A DNA stretch of 55,863 nucleotides, from the IMG/VR virus record IMGVR_UViG_3300037507_003964; one strand, written 5' to 3'. The translations under genes and the position numbers were made by a program. Under the pieces are notes generated by a model. The model was not told where the DNA came from. It was given only the letters and a program-made list of their open reading frames with translations, and did no database searches. Positions within the stretch are counted from its first letter, which is position 1, and each line of letters begins with the position of its first letter. This document shows positions 8,637 to 16,284 of the stretch, piece after piece. Source of the stretch: an uncultured virus (IMG/VR IMGVR_UViG_3300037507_003964) (Duplodnaviria; Heunggongvirae; Uroviricota; Caudoviricetes).

Positions 8637-9140
8637 ATGGATCCCGTAAGTTTATTGGCTGCTGCAACTGCTGCTTTCAATGGTATAAAGAAAGCTGTTG
8701 AGATTGGTCGAGAAGTGCAAGATGTTTATGGCGAACTTAGCAAATGGGCAAGTGCTGCGGGAAATTTGCAGGCGTTTATTAACCAAGAAAAAGTCAAACC
8801 CCCAGGTATCTTTGAAAAGATAGGATTTAAGAACAGTGAAACCGCTGCGGCTTTTGATGTGTTCGCTGCACAAGTAAAAATTCGTGAAATGGAAGGTGAC
8901 ATTTATCACATGTTTCTTTATGGTGCATTGAATCACCTAGGCTTGGAAGGATATCGTGAGTTTATTCATATGCGAAAGAAGGTGCGTGAGGATCGTGAAA
9001 ATTTGATTAAAGAACAAATGAGAAGAAGAGAAATATTTTTCTATTATCTGGGATGGGGAAGTGCACTTGTTTTTGCCATTATGGTCGCCCTATGGTTGTT
9101 TTCAGAGATTGCAGATTTGTTTATAGGAATAAATAACTGA
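8637..9140 (+). CDS. hypothetical protein with C-terminal TM helix
   Basis: ORF track; tight packing in operon. Confidence 0.75.
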   Translation: MDPVSLLAAATAAFNGIKKAVEIGREVQDVYGELSKWASAAGNLQAFINQEKVKPPGIFEKIGFKNSETAAAFDVFAAQVKIREMEGDIYHMFLYGALNHLGLEGYREFIHMRKKVREDRENLIKEQMRRREIFFYYLGWGSALVFAIMVALWLFSEIADLFIGINN

Positions 9141-9149
9141 AAAGGAAAG

Positions 9150-9587
9150 ATGATGTGGATTCTAGAATGGCTTCCTAATTGGATTTTTTATGCAATCCTT
9201 TTAATAGGACTTTTGGGGTACGTTGCAACTTACTTACTTCGATTCATACCCCTACCGGTCCTTTACATGTATAAGACACCCATTCAAGTTGTGTCAATCT
9301 TTTTTATTGTAATTGGTGTCTATATGTCTGGGTCGATTACTAATAATGAAGCATGGGAAGCTAAGGTACGACAAGTTGAAGCTAAATTAGCTGAAGCTGA
9401 GGCAAGGGGTGCGATTGAAACTGTGAAGATAGTTGAAAAAATTGTTGTTCAAGAAAAGATTGTGCGAGAGAGAGGACAAAACACAGTGCAGTATATTGAA
9501 AAAGAAGTTGTTCGTTATGACAATACTTGTCCTATCCCAGAGGCTTTCATTGAGTCACATAATCGTTCGGTGGGAGGGGGGAAGTGA
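9150..9587 (+). CDS. putative i-spanin (Rz-like)
   Basis: TM helices, coiled coil, C-terminal Cys; overlaps a lipoprotein gene just before the endolysin. Confidence 0.6.
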   Translation: MMWILEWLPNWIFYAILLIGLLGYVATYLLRFIPLPVLYMYKTPIQVVSIFFIVIGVYMSGSITNNEAWEAKVRQVEAKLAEAEARGAIETVKIVEKIVVQEKIVRERGQNTVQYIEKEVVRYDNTCPIPEAFIESHNRSVGGGK

Positions 9588-9850
9588 AACTTATAATTCT
9601 TTTGAGTGTTCTTTTCTTAGCGGGGTGTGCATCAAAACCTGTACCCGTTAAAATGAAGTTTCCTGAAGCACCTGAAACCTTGTTAGAACCTTGTCCCGAT
9701 CTAAAGTTATTAGAGAAAGATGCTAAACTAAGTGACATTGCAAAGACGATTAACGAAAACTATACCCTGTACCATGAATGTGCTATTAAAAGTAAAGCAT
9801 GGGCAGCATGGTACAGAGCACATAAGAAAATTTTTGAGGAAGTGAAATGA
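9584..9850 (+). CDS. putative o-spanin lipoprotein (Rz1-like)
   Basis: Lipobox LAGC, Pro-rich region, two further Cys. Confidence 0.75.
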   Translation: MKLIILLSVLFLAGCASKPVPVKMKFPEAPETLLEPCPDLKLLEKDAKLSDIAKTINENYTLYHECAIKSKAWAAWYRAHKKIFEEVK

Positions 9851-10467
9851 TTACACAAGAACAACTGAAACAACTATTGCCAAAGAATCCTTACATTTCC
9901 TATTGGCATAAGGCACTTGAACAACTATTTCCCGAGTATGAAATTAACACTCCCAAGCGCATGGCTGCTTTTATAGCGCAGTGTGCCCATGAGTCGGCGG
10001 GGTTCACAGCGTTGACTGAGAACTTAAACTATCGTTGGCAGTCACTAAGAAAGGTGTTCCCGAAATACTTTCCGGATGATGCTATCGCGCAGGACTATGC
10101 ATCAAGACCCAACAAGCAAGAAGCTATAGCAAATCGTGTCTATGCAAGTCGCATGGGCAACGGAGATGAAGCTAGCGGTGATGGATGGAGATTTAGAGGG
10201 CGCGGGTTGATTCAGCTTACGGGCAGGCACAACTACACCTGGTTTGCTGCATCGCTTGAAATCTCTCCAGAAGAAGCAACTGAGTATCTCACTACCTTCG
10301 AAGGGGCAGCACAATCTGCATGTTGGTTTTGGGAGACAAATAAACTTAACCAATGGGCAGACAACGGTGACATATTGACATTGACTAAACGCATTAATGG
10401 TGGTACAATTGGATTAGATGATAGAATAAAACATTATGAGCATGCCCTCCATGTACTAGGAGTGTAA
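9847..10467 (+). CDS. glycoside hydrolase family 19 endolysin
   Basis: AAFIAQCAHES, FRGRGLIQLTG, ACWFW, TKRINGG motifs. Confidence 0.93.
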   Translation: MITQEQLKQLLPKNPYISYWHKALEQLFPEYEINTPKRMAAFIAQCAHESAGFTALTENLNYRWQSLRKVFPKYFPDDAIAQDYASRPNKQEAIANRVYASRMGNGDEASGDGWRFRGRGLIQLTGRHNYTWFAASLEISPEEATEYLTTFEGAAQSACWFWETNKLNQWADNGDILTLTKRINGGTIGLDDRIKHYEHALHVLGV

Positions 10468-10749
10468 ATGCCAGACGACAGAAAACTCTTTGCAGTGGCG
10501 ATAGCATTAATTTTGCTGCCACTTTCACTAGCACTGTTTGGCGGTGATAGGTTTAGGTACCCATGCCAAGATCCCAACAATTGGGATAAGGAAATGTGTA
10601 AACTACCTCAATGTGATGTAACCCGAACATGTCCCGATCACATATTCAAAGGACAAAGAGATCCTCGACTAGGACCCCCAAGAACTGAAAGTGCGGCACA
10701 AACATGCCAAGCCTGTGCAACCACACCAGGAGTTAACAATGCAAAATAA
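10468..10749 (+). CDS. exported Cys-rich small protein (RYPCQDP motif)
   Basis: Hydrophobic N-terminus, several Cys. Confidence 0.7.
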   Translation: MPDDRKLFAVAIALILLPLSLALFGGDRFRYPCQDPNNWDKEMCKLPQCDVTRTCPDHIFKGQRDPRLGPPRTESAAQTCQACATTPGVNNAK

Positions 10750-11185
10750 TCAACCGTTCATGTATACTGAAGAACAACTAATGGCTCGCCTAAAGTTTTT
10801 TATAGGCATTTGTCTTGCTTTGACTTTGACGGGCATTGTGTTTGTTGTTCTATACTCTATCATCTTTGTGACACAACCGCTAAATGCAATGTCACCTATT
10901 GATCAAAAGTTCTTTGAACTGATCATACCTATCGCTACATTCCTGACAGGAACTTTATCTGGTATTATGTTAGCCGGTCAGAAGAAAGAAGATCAAGAAG
11001 CGATGATGATGGCACAAAAGCAAGCCACCGAGTCATTTAAGACAACGATGGAAGAGGTACGCAAACCTGTAAAGCAAGAAAAGGTTGAACCTACACTCGC
11101 TGTTGTTAACACACAAACCGGACAGGTTGTCACAGGGTTTGGGGGTAAATTAGCACCTCCACCCGCTCAACAACCTGAACTATGA
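10739..11185 (+). CDS. two-TM membrane protein, holin candidate
   Basis: Two hydrophobic helices; position in lysis cassette. Confidence 0.6.
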   Translation: MQNNQPFMYTEEQLMARLKFFIGICLALTLTGIVFVVLYSIIFVTQPLNAMSPIDQKFFELIIPIATFLTGTLSGIMLAGQKKEDQEAMMMAQKQATESFKTTMEEVRKPVKQEKVEPTLAVVNTQTGQVVTGFGGKLAPPPAQQPEL

Positions 11186-11418
11186 TGCCACCTTTAGTTA
11201 GCATCTTTCAATCATCTACAGGTGATGATGGTATAAGCAGCAGACGATTGATTACCTTTCTAGCTTTCGTCTGCTGCGCTGTTGCTTTTTTCGCCAATCT
11301 GTTTTTAGGCTACAAGATTGAACCTAATCTCTTTGACGGCATGATGTATATCGTCATCGGGGGATTAGGTGTCACGGTGGCAGAACGCTTTGCAAGTAAA
11401 CCCAAGGAGACAAAATGA
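11182..11418 (+). CDS. small two-TM membrane protein, holin candidate
   Basis: SSRR plus two TM helices, charged C-terminus. Confidence 0.6.
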   Translation: MMPPLVSIFQSSTGDDGISSRRLITFLAFVCCAVAFFANLFLGYKIEPNLFDGMMYIVIGGLGVTVAERFASKPKETK

Positions 11419-11633
11419 AGAAAATACTATTTATCGCGCTAGTAGTAGGTTCTATTCCCCTACTCAGCTATCATGGTGTGTCATTCAGCGCAGAAGTCAA
11501 GCGTGTCTGTGTTGACAAGGTGACCAACGATGGCAAGAAAGTCATGGACAAAGATGGCAAACCTGTCCAGGACTGTAAAGAAATTAAAGTACACAAAAAA
11601 TTAGAGGGAACCGAAGTTCCCCCCAAGAAGTAA
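11415..11633 (+). CDS. small exported protein with one Cys pair
   Basis: Signal peptide-like N-terminus. Confidence 0.65.
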   Translation: MKKILFIALVVGSIPLLSYHGVSFSAEVKRVCVDKVTNDGKKVMDKDGKPVQDCKEIKVHKKLEGTEVPPKK

Positions 11634-12461
11634 TTAAGTCCAAAGATACTTTCGTACCTTGATGAGGCGAATCAACATCGCCTCATCTTCTTCATCATTT
11701 CTCGTTTCTATGTCATGCAGAATGTTTATCAGACGCTCACCTTCTGCCTTATCCTCATCGGTTCTTTTATCCCAAGACCTCCAAACAAGGTTATCGCTTT
11801 CACTGCGACTTCTAGAGCAGTATTCTGACCACCCGCTTTCATTGTGCGGGTCTTTCCGGAGCGGTCGGATTACTTTCCACCAAGTATACAAGTCAAACAC
11901 TTCTTGTGCGTTTTTTGCTTGTGCAGTCATCTCCCCATAATTTTCATCTTCAGGGGTTAGTCCCCAAGTTTCATCCTGCTTAAGATTACGTGCCCAGTCA
12001 AGATATTCTCTTCCTGCCATAGGATTCCTGTAGGTGCGAGTGCGAAACCAACCCGTTCCCCAAAAGGGAACTTTATGTTTCTTTCTTGCTTCCTCATCAA
12101 ACCTGAAGTTTGCAGCAGCCATTTCTACCTCAACAAAGTTGACTAGTTCATCAAACATGCAATGAAGAATGCGAGTATCCATCTCATGCCATTTCCACCT
12201 CGAGAGGTTAGAAGTCAAGGTATGAGTTCGAGTTACGAACCTATTGACAAAGGCATACTTTGCTGAATAGATTATATTAGGAATGAACATGACTGTCTTT
12301 TGAAGAATGTCAAGCCCTTCCTCAGCAATCCAATATCGAACAGGATGCCTCTTCTCCGCTTCAAGGCTCCACTGTGCCCATCCCTCACTTGTCTTAGGCA
12401 TACCTTTGGGCGTACCGCGGATCCAATCAGCAAATTTAGTACAGGACCAATAATCATGCAT
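11634..12461 (-). CDS. hypothetical Trp-rich phage protein
   Basis: ORF track; start moved to MHDYWSC. Confidence 0.75.
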   Translation of the reverse strand: MHDYWSCTKFADWIRGTPKGMPKTSEGWAQWSLEAEKRHPVRYWIAEEGLDILQKTVMFIPNIIYSAKYAFVNRFVTRTHTLTSNLSRWKWHEMDTRILHCMFDELVNFVEVEMAAANFRFDEEARKKHKVPFWGTGWFRTRTYRNPMAGREYLDWARNLKQDETWGLTPEDENYGEMTAQAKNAQEVFDLYTWWKVIRPLRKDPHNESGWSEYCSRSRSESDNLVWRSWDKRTDEDKAEGERLINILHDIETRNDEEDEAMLIRLIKVRKYLWT

Positions 12462-12837
12462 ATCGTTTATACCAATATTTGTTAAGTTTAGTTTGAAGTT
12501 CTTCGTTATCTTCTTGACCACAATACTGCACAGCAAACTTTTTCAGAATATCTTGCATTTCATTAGAATCAAAGATCATGTTGTGAATGTCAAGATAACC
12601 TGCAAATTGAGCAGCCATGTATGCCTCAGGTCCCCACCCAAACACATCATATAGAACACCTCGATAAGATTGCTTCTGAACTACATCTCCTTCATGGATG
12701 CGTTCTACAACTGCACAGAAATAGTCTAGTTGGTCATCAGGTGACAATGCTTTCCACTTTTCATTGTATCGAGTTTTATTTTCTTCTATTGCTTTGTTGA
12801 ATACATCGCTAATTTCTTCAAGGGTTTTGTTGGGCAT
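12454..12837 (-). CDS. hypothetical protein
   Basis: ORF track; start moved to MPNK. Confidence 0.65.
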   Translation of the reverse strand: MPNKTLEEISDVFNKAIEENKTRYNEKWKALSPDDQLDYFCAVVERIHEGDVVQKQSYRGVLYDVFGWGPEAYMAAQFAGYLDIHNMIFDSNEMQDILKKFAVQYCGQEDNEELQTKLNKYWYKRYA

Positions 12838-13003
12838 GGATAACCTCAGCATCTTCTTTTCGAACAATGTTAGCGAACCCATCAGGTTCACGACTCAAAT
12901 AGCAATCATTGTACTCACGAACTAGGGGGAGGATTTGCCCAACTAGTTTGCAATACCAAAACAAAGGATCAGAACATTTTAGAATTTTCAGTTGTTGCAT
13001 CAT
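12818..13003 (-). CDS. small hypothetical protein
   Basis: ORF with GAGGA RBS. Confidence 0.55.
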   Translation of the reverse strand: MMQQLKILKCSDPLFWYCKLVGQILPLVREYNDCYLSREPDGFANIVRKEDAEVIHAQQNP

Positions 13004-13016
13004 ATCCTCACTAACA

Positions 13017-13091
13017 TGGTGCCGGATGTCTGAATCGAACAGACGACCTATCGCTTACAAGGCGATTGCACTACCGCTGTGCTAATCCGGC
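13017..13091 (-). tRNA. tRNA-Thr(TGT)
   Basis: GCCGGAT/ATCCGGC acceptor, ATCGC-CTTGTAA-GCGAT, CCA. Confidence 0.93.
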
Positions 13092-13096
13092 AAAAC

Positions 13097-13172
<76 letters not shown>

Positions 13173-13179
13173 ACATACC

Positions 13180-13257
13180 TGGTCTCGGGTGAGGGATTCG
13201 AACTCTCGACCTCCTGCTCCCAAAGCAGGCATTCTAACCAGACTGAACTAACCCGAG
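13180..13257 (-). tRNA. tRNA-Pro(TGG)
   Basis: CTCGGGT/ACCCGAG acceptor, CCTGC-TTTGGGA-GCAGG, CCA. Confidence 0.92.
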
Positions 13258-13263
13258 GAAATT

Positions 13264-13338
13264 TGGTGGACCGCTGGAGGATCGAACTGCCAAATTCGGA
13301 TTACAAAACCGACGTTTTACCTTTAGAACTACGGGGGC
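13264..13338 (-). pseudogene. chimeric pseudo-tRNA (Thr-TGT 5' part joined to Ala-type 3' end)
   Basis: 5' GCCCCCG does not pair with 3' GCGGTCC; T-stem GGCAG/CTCCA mismatched; anticodon arm and CCA retained. Confidence 0.7.
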
Positions 13339-13346
13339 GAAAACTA

Positions 13347-13952
13347 TTAAGACTCTAAAAAATACTTTGGTGGAGCATCAGGGATTCGAACCCTGCTGAT
13401 ATCTTCCTTGCAAAGGAAGTGACCACTCCAAGCAGTCCCATGCCCCTCTATAAACTTCTTTACAGTTTCATCATTGTTCCTATGCAACCTAAAATGGTCG
13501 TTCGGACATAGAAAAATTAAATTACTAGGGTGTATGTTTTCTCTATTTTCATCGATATGGTGTACATCTAAGATGTCAGTAACACCACACACAACACAAA
13601 CAGGTTTGTAAAACTTTTCTGCAATTGTCCTATATTGTGTATATCCATACTTTTCTGCCTTTGCTTTTCCCCCAATGCTATTAGCACACACACGGGAGCA
13701 AAAGTATTGATATTTTTCAGGGAATTTCTTTTCTCTTTCTGTCACCTCAAACACAGACTCACAAGTAAAACATTTAACTGAAAATTTTTTGTAACACCCC
13801 ATGTCTCTATCTAATCTTTTATGTAGAGCTTTTATTCCGTTTTGATATGATTCCTCTTTCTTAGGGTTTTTATCACAGTGTCTAGAATGATTAGCTTTTT
13901 CTGAAGATTTTGTAAAATCAAAATATTCTTTACAGTGTTTACAATTCCACAT
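13347..13952 (-). CDS. HNH homing endonuclease with N-terminal Zn-finger-like motifs
   Basis: CKHC...HSRHC, CFTC...FCSRVC, CVVCG...LDVHHIDENRENIHPSNLIFLCPNDH; start MWNCK after AAGGAG. Confidence 0.88.
   Translation of the reverse strand: MWNCKHCKEYFDFTKSSEKANHSRHCDKNPKKEESYQNGIKALHKRLDRDMGCYKKFSVKCFTCESVFEVTEREKKFPEKYQYFCSRVCANSIGGKAKAEKYGYTQYRTIAEKFYKPVCVVCGVTDILDVHHIDENRENIHPSNLIFLCPNDHFRLHRNNDETVKKFIEGHGTAWSGHFLCKEDISRVRIPDAPPKYFLES
13368..13446 (-). tRNA. tRNA-Ala(TGC), inside the 3' end of the HNH ORF
   Basis: GGGGCAT/ATGCTCC acceptor with G3-U70, CTTCC-TTTGCAA-GGAAG, CCA. Confidence 0.85.
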
Positions 13953-13980
13953 ATAAATCTCCTTGTGTAGAGTATTTATA
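13952..13980 (-). promoter_or_regulatory. late promoter TATAAATA within an RBS-sequestering hairpin
   Basis: Minus strand TATAAAT-A-CTC-TACACAAG-GAG-ATTTATA-TG. Confidence 0.75.
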
Positions 13981-13994
13981 CATCGCAATTTTTC

Positions 13995-14031
13995 TACAAA
14001 GGCGGCGTGCTCCCATTATCATTAGCAGCCC
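13995..14031 (-). pseudogene. orphan tRNA 5' half ending in the anticodon loop
   Basis: GGGCTGC-TA-ATGATAATGGGAGCAC-G-CCGCC-TTTGTA, then unrelated AT-rich sequence. Confidence 0.6.
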
Positions 14032-15032
14032 TAAAACTTATAATTTGTCAAACTTGTAAGTTTTATCAATTGTTTATCATACTTGCCGCCAACATTTTGA
14101 TCTCTTAAATTTGCACCCTCAATGGTGAGAAGATCACGAACCATCTCATCACTGTAACCTTTTAAGTTTGAAACAAGCGCCTCAAATCTGTTAGGAAGTG
14201 TGCAAAATTCATAAACTAAACTTTCTGCATATTCGCCAATCAATTCCTTTACCCTCTCTCTAGGAACATGCAAATTATGTTTGAAATACTCTGTACTATA
14301 CATTGAATGAAACATACCTGCATTTCGAACATCATCAGAAACTTCTAAGTTTTCAAGAATCATGCTTGTATTAAATAAATGCTCAAAAAAGGTTCGGTTA
14401 CTATGTGGAATACCCTTAGTGAGAGTCAGTAAGTAATCAACTTTTTCACTTCTAACTCGAACATCTCCTGTCTTAAAAACAAGCACTGTTCTTAAGGCGG
14501 GACAAGCCCGTGATACGGGTCTCGCTGCATGTGTTTTTCTAGAATCAAAAACCAATACCCTTCCAAATTTAGGAAGCACAGCACGCTCTATATCATATCC
14601 GTTAAAGATAACTGTTTCACCCGCCCAATCAATGTGCCATTTCTCGTTTAAGTAAACAACAATAGTTTCTGAATCTTTATCCTCACCATATTTTTGTGTA
14701 TACCAGGGGTCATCAACATGGGCGTACCCGTCTGTTCCAAAAGTGTAGCCGTTGATATAGCAACGCATTAAACTTTTCTGACCGATCAAATCTTTCAATG
14801 TATTCCAAACAAATTGAATATCTTTGTGCCTTTCAATGAAAGGTGTGTCTGACATATCAAAAATTTCATGTTTGGAACAGCGTAGAATCATATTGTTCCA
14901 ATGACCTAGGTCGTATGACTTTTCATTATTAGATTTCCAGCCAAAGCGAAGGCCTGTCGTAGCATACCGACTAACAATTTTTCTAAGTGTGGCGTTGTTT
15001 TCTAATTGAAAGATTTCAGTTTGTCTCATCAT
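14031..15032 (-). CDS. 2OG-Fe(II) oxygenase fused to a DUF6817/HD-like domain
   Basis: GYAHVD (HxD), WAGET, FDSRKTHAARPV...R; C-terminal HSNRTFFEHL...AGMFHSMYST. Confidence 0.8.
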   Translation of the reverse strand: MMRQTEIFQLENNATLRKIVSRYATTGLRFGWKSNNEKSYDLGHWNNMILRCSKHEIFDMSDTPFIERHKDIQFVWNTLKDLIGQKSLMRCYINGYTFGTDGYAHVDDPWYTQKYGEDKDSETIVVYLNEKWHIDWAGETVIFNGYDIERAVLPKFGRVLVFDSRKTHAARPVSRACPALRTVLVFKTGDVRVRSEKVDYLLTLTKGIPHSNRTFFEHLFNTSMILENLEVSDDVRNAGMFHSMYSTEYFKHNLHVPRERVKELIGEYAESLVYEFCTLPNRFEALVSNLKGYSDEMVRDLLTIEGANLRDQNVGGKYDKQLIKLTSLTNYKF

Positions 15033-15039
15033 AATCCTT

Positions 15040-15270
15040 GTGCTCTGACGAACCCCGGTGGTAGTTGTAGCGTATCCGCTGTTGGCTTGCGCCTCACTTC
15101 AATTACACCTTCCACCCACTTCACGACGGGTTCCGTTATCGCATTGCCAGCGCCGGTTAGGTTGGACCGCAGTATTCCTACTGGAGGACTATTAATCCTC
15201 GAACCACCCGTGGGTATCACACCACTTCTCATCGTGCGGGTCGCACTAGCTGCTGATTAGGCAGCACGTT
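15040..15270 (-). ncRNA. unassigned ~230-nt highly structured RNA (or long leader of the oxygenase gene)
   Basis: GC-rich gap with at least nine stems, GGAA and GCAA GNRA loops on the minus strand, own sigma70 promoter. Confidence 0.7.
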
Positions 15271-15283
15271 GTTAACAACTTCA

Positions 15284-15312
15284 ATTCTATGATATGTAAG
15301 TTACTTCGTCAA
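15284..15312 (-). promoter_or_regulatory. sigma70 promoter TTGACG-N17-TAGAAT
   Basis: cgtcaa 15307-15312, attcta 15284-15289. Confidence 0.7.
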
Positions 15313-15326
15313 CCACGAATAAAACT

Positions 15327-15890
15327 TTATTCAGATTCCTTTGGGTGACCTACACCAATCTTAACATGCGGTTGCCCGCCAATAGTTCTCTCATAGTGAC
15401 CTGTATCACCTACAGGTTTTAGCGTCTTTCCTGTCAACTTTTTCATCTTCTCTACAGATATCACAGGCAATCCCATCTTCATTGAGATGGCTTCTGGTGC
15501 ACCTGACACTTCTCCCCAGGCTCTTTTCATTTCGTGATCTTCAAGTTTATTCTTCATGAAGTCAGCTTTTCCTTGAGGAGTCCCATCTGTTGCAGCGGCG
15601 ATTGACTTTCTACCGAATTGTTTTTTGTATAAGTTCACAGAAGTAATCTTCTCACCTCTTCGAGTCATCTTAATCAATGACGATGAAATATCTGAATGAA
15701 TCGCTTTCGACTCTTCTTCAGACCCAGACTTCAATCCACCATATCCTCCAATCGAAGGATGTGAATATGACTTCTTTATCATATCATGGATTTGACCCCT
15801 GTATTGCTCACGAAACTTCTCATGCTCAGGTTTGATGCCGGGAGAAAGAATTGCTTCATCAAGTTGTAAAAAGTTTTTGAAGTCTAACAT
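15327..15890 (-). CDS. late basic protein with capsid-targeting-like N-terminus
   Basis: MLDFKNFLQLDE leader; TATAAATA at 15912-15919. Confidence 0.75.
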   Translation of the reverse strand: MLDFKNFLQLDEAILSPGIKPEHEKFREQYRGQIHDMIKKSYSHPSIGGYGGLKSGSEEESKAIHSDISSSLIKMTRRGEKITSVNLYKKQFGRKSIAAATDGTPQGKADFMKNKLEDHEMKRAWGEVSGAPEAISMKMGLPVISVEKMKKLTGKTLKPVGDTGHYERTIGGQPHVKIGVGHPKESE

Positions 15891-15919
15891 AGAAACCCCC
15901 TTGTTTCTATGTATTTATA
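15888..15919 (-). promoter_or_regulatory. late promoter plus 9-bp hairpin over RBS and start codon
   Basis: CATAGAAAC/GTTTCTATG stem at 15888-15911 directly after TATAAATA. Confidence 0.75.
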
Positions 15920-15922
15920 TTT

Positions 15923-16000
15923 TGGAGAAGGATATCGGAATCTAACCGACGGGGTTAGAGTTTTGCAGACTCTTGCATTGGGCCTCTCTGCCATCTGTGC
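15923..16000 (-). pseudogene. pseudo/chimeric tRNA-Cys(GCA)
   Basis: Perfect anticodon arm AGAGT-CTGCAAA-ACTCT, but acceptor strands GCACAGA and ATCCTTC do not pair; T-loop reads TTAGATT. Confidence 0.7.
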
Positions 16001-16002
16001 TT

Positions 16003-16094
16003 TGGCGGTGATGACAGGATTCGAACCTGTGGGCCTGATTTCTCAAGCCGACGGTTTAGCAAACCGCTGATTTAAGCCACTCATCCACATCACC
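16003..16094 (-). tRNA. tRNA-Ser(GCT)
   Basis: GGTGATG/CATCACC acceptor, long variable arm, CCA. Confidence 0.92.
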
Positions 16095-16099
16095 ATCTA

Positions 16100-16280
16100 A
16101 TGTATCGTCATGTTATTGATGCCTTCACCGTACACCGTTTGGTTTTAACGTTCAGGTTTATCCTTCAAGCGTCCATGAAGTATTCACCTTTCAACCAACT
16201 CCTGATTGCAAGTATCCGGTCATGCAACCACTCAGAGATCCACTAACCTGCGATCACAGGTATATTCCATAACGATACAT
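16100..16280 (-). ncRNA. unassigned ~180-nt multibranch RNA between two tRNAs
   Basis: 13-bp closing stem 16100-16112/16268-16280 and several internal stems; G-U wobbles work only on the minus strand. Confidence 0.65.
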
Positions 16281-16284
16281 CACA

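Noticed and set aside
11628..11640. Terminator between the convergent operons
   Set aside because: The two stop codons abut (TAA|TTA) with no hairpin; nothing supportable.
15234..15246. GTGCG as a group II intron 5' end
   Set aside because: No domain V/VI-like sequence, no interrupted gene and no RT; GTGCG is simply one arm of a local hairpin.
15006..15260. Short ORFs on both strands over the structured RNA
   Set aside because: No recognisable protein features; dense pairing and GNRA loops explain the sequence better. A small peptide is not formally excluded.
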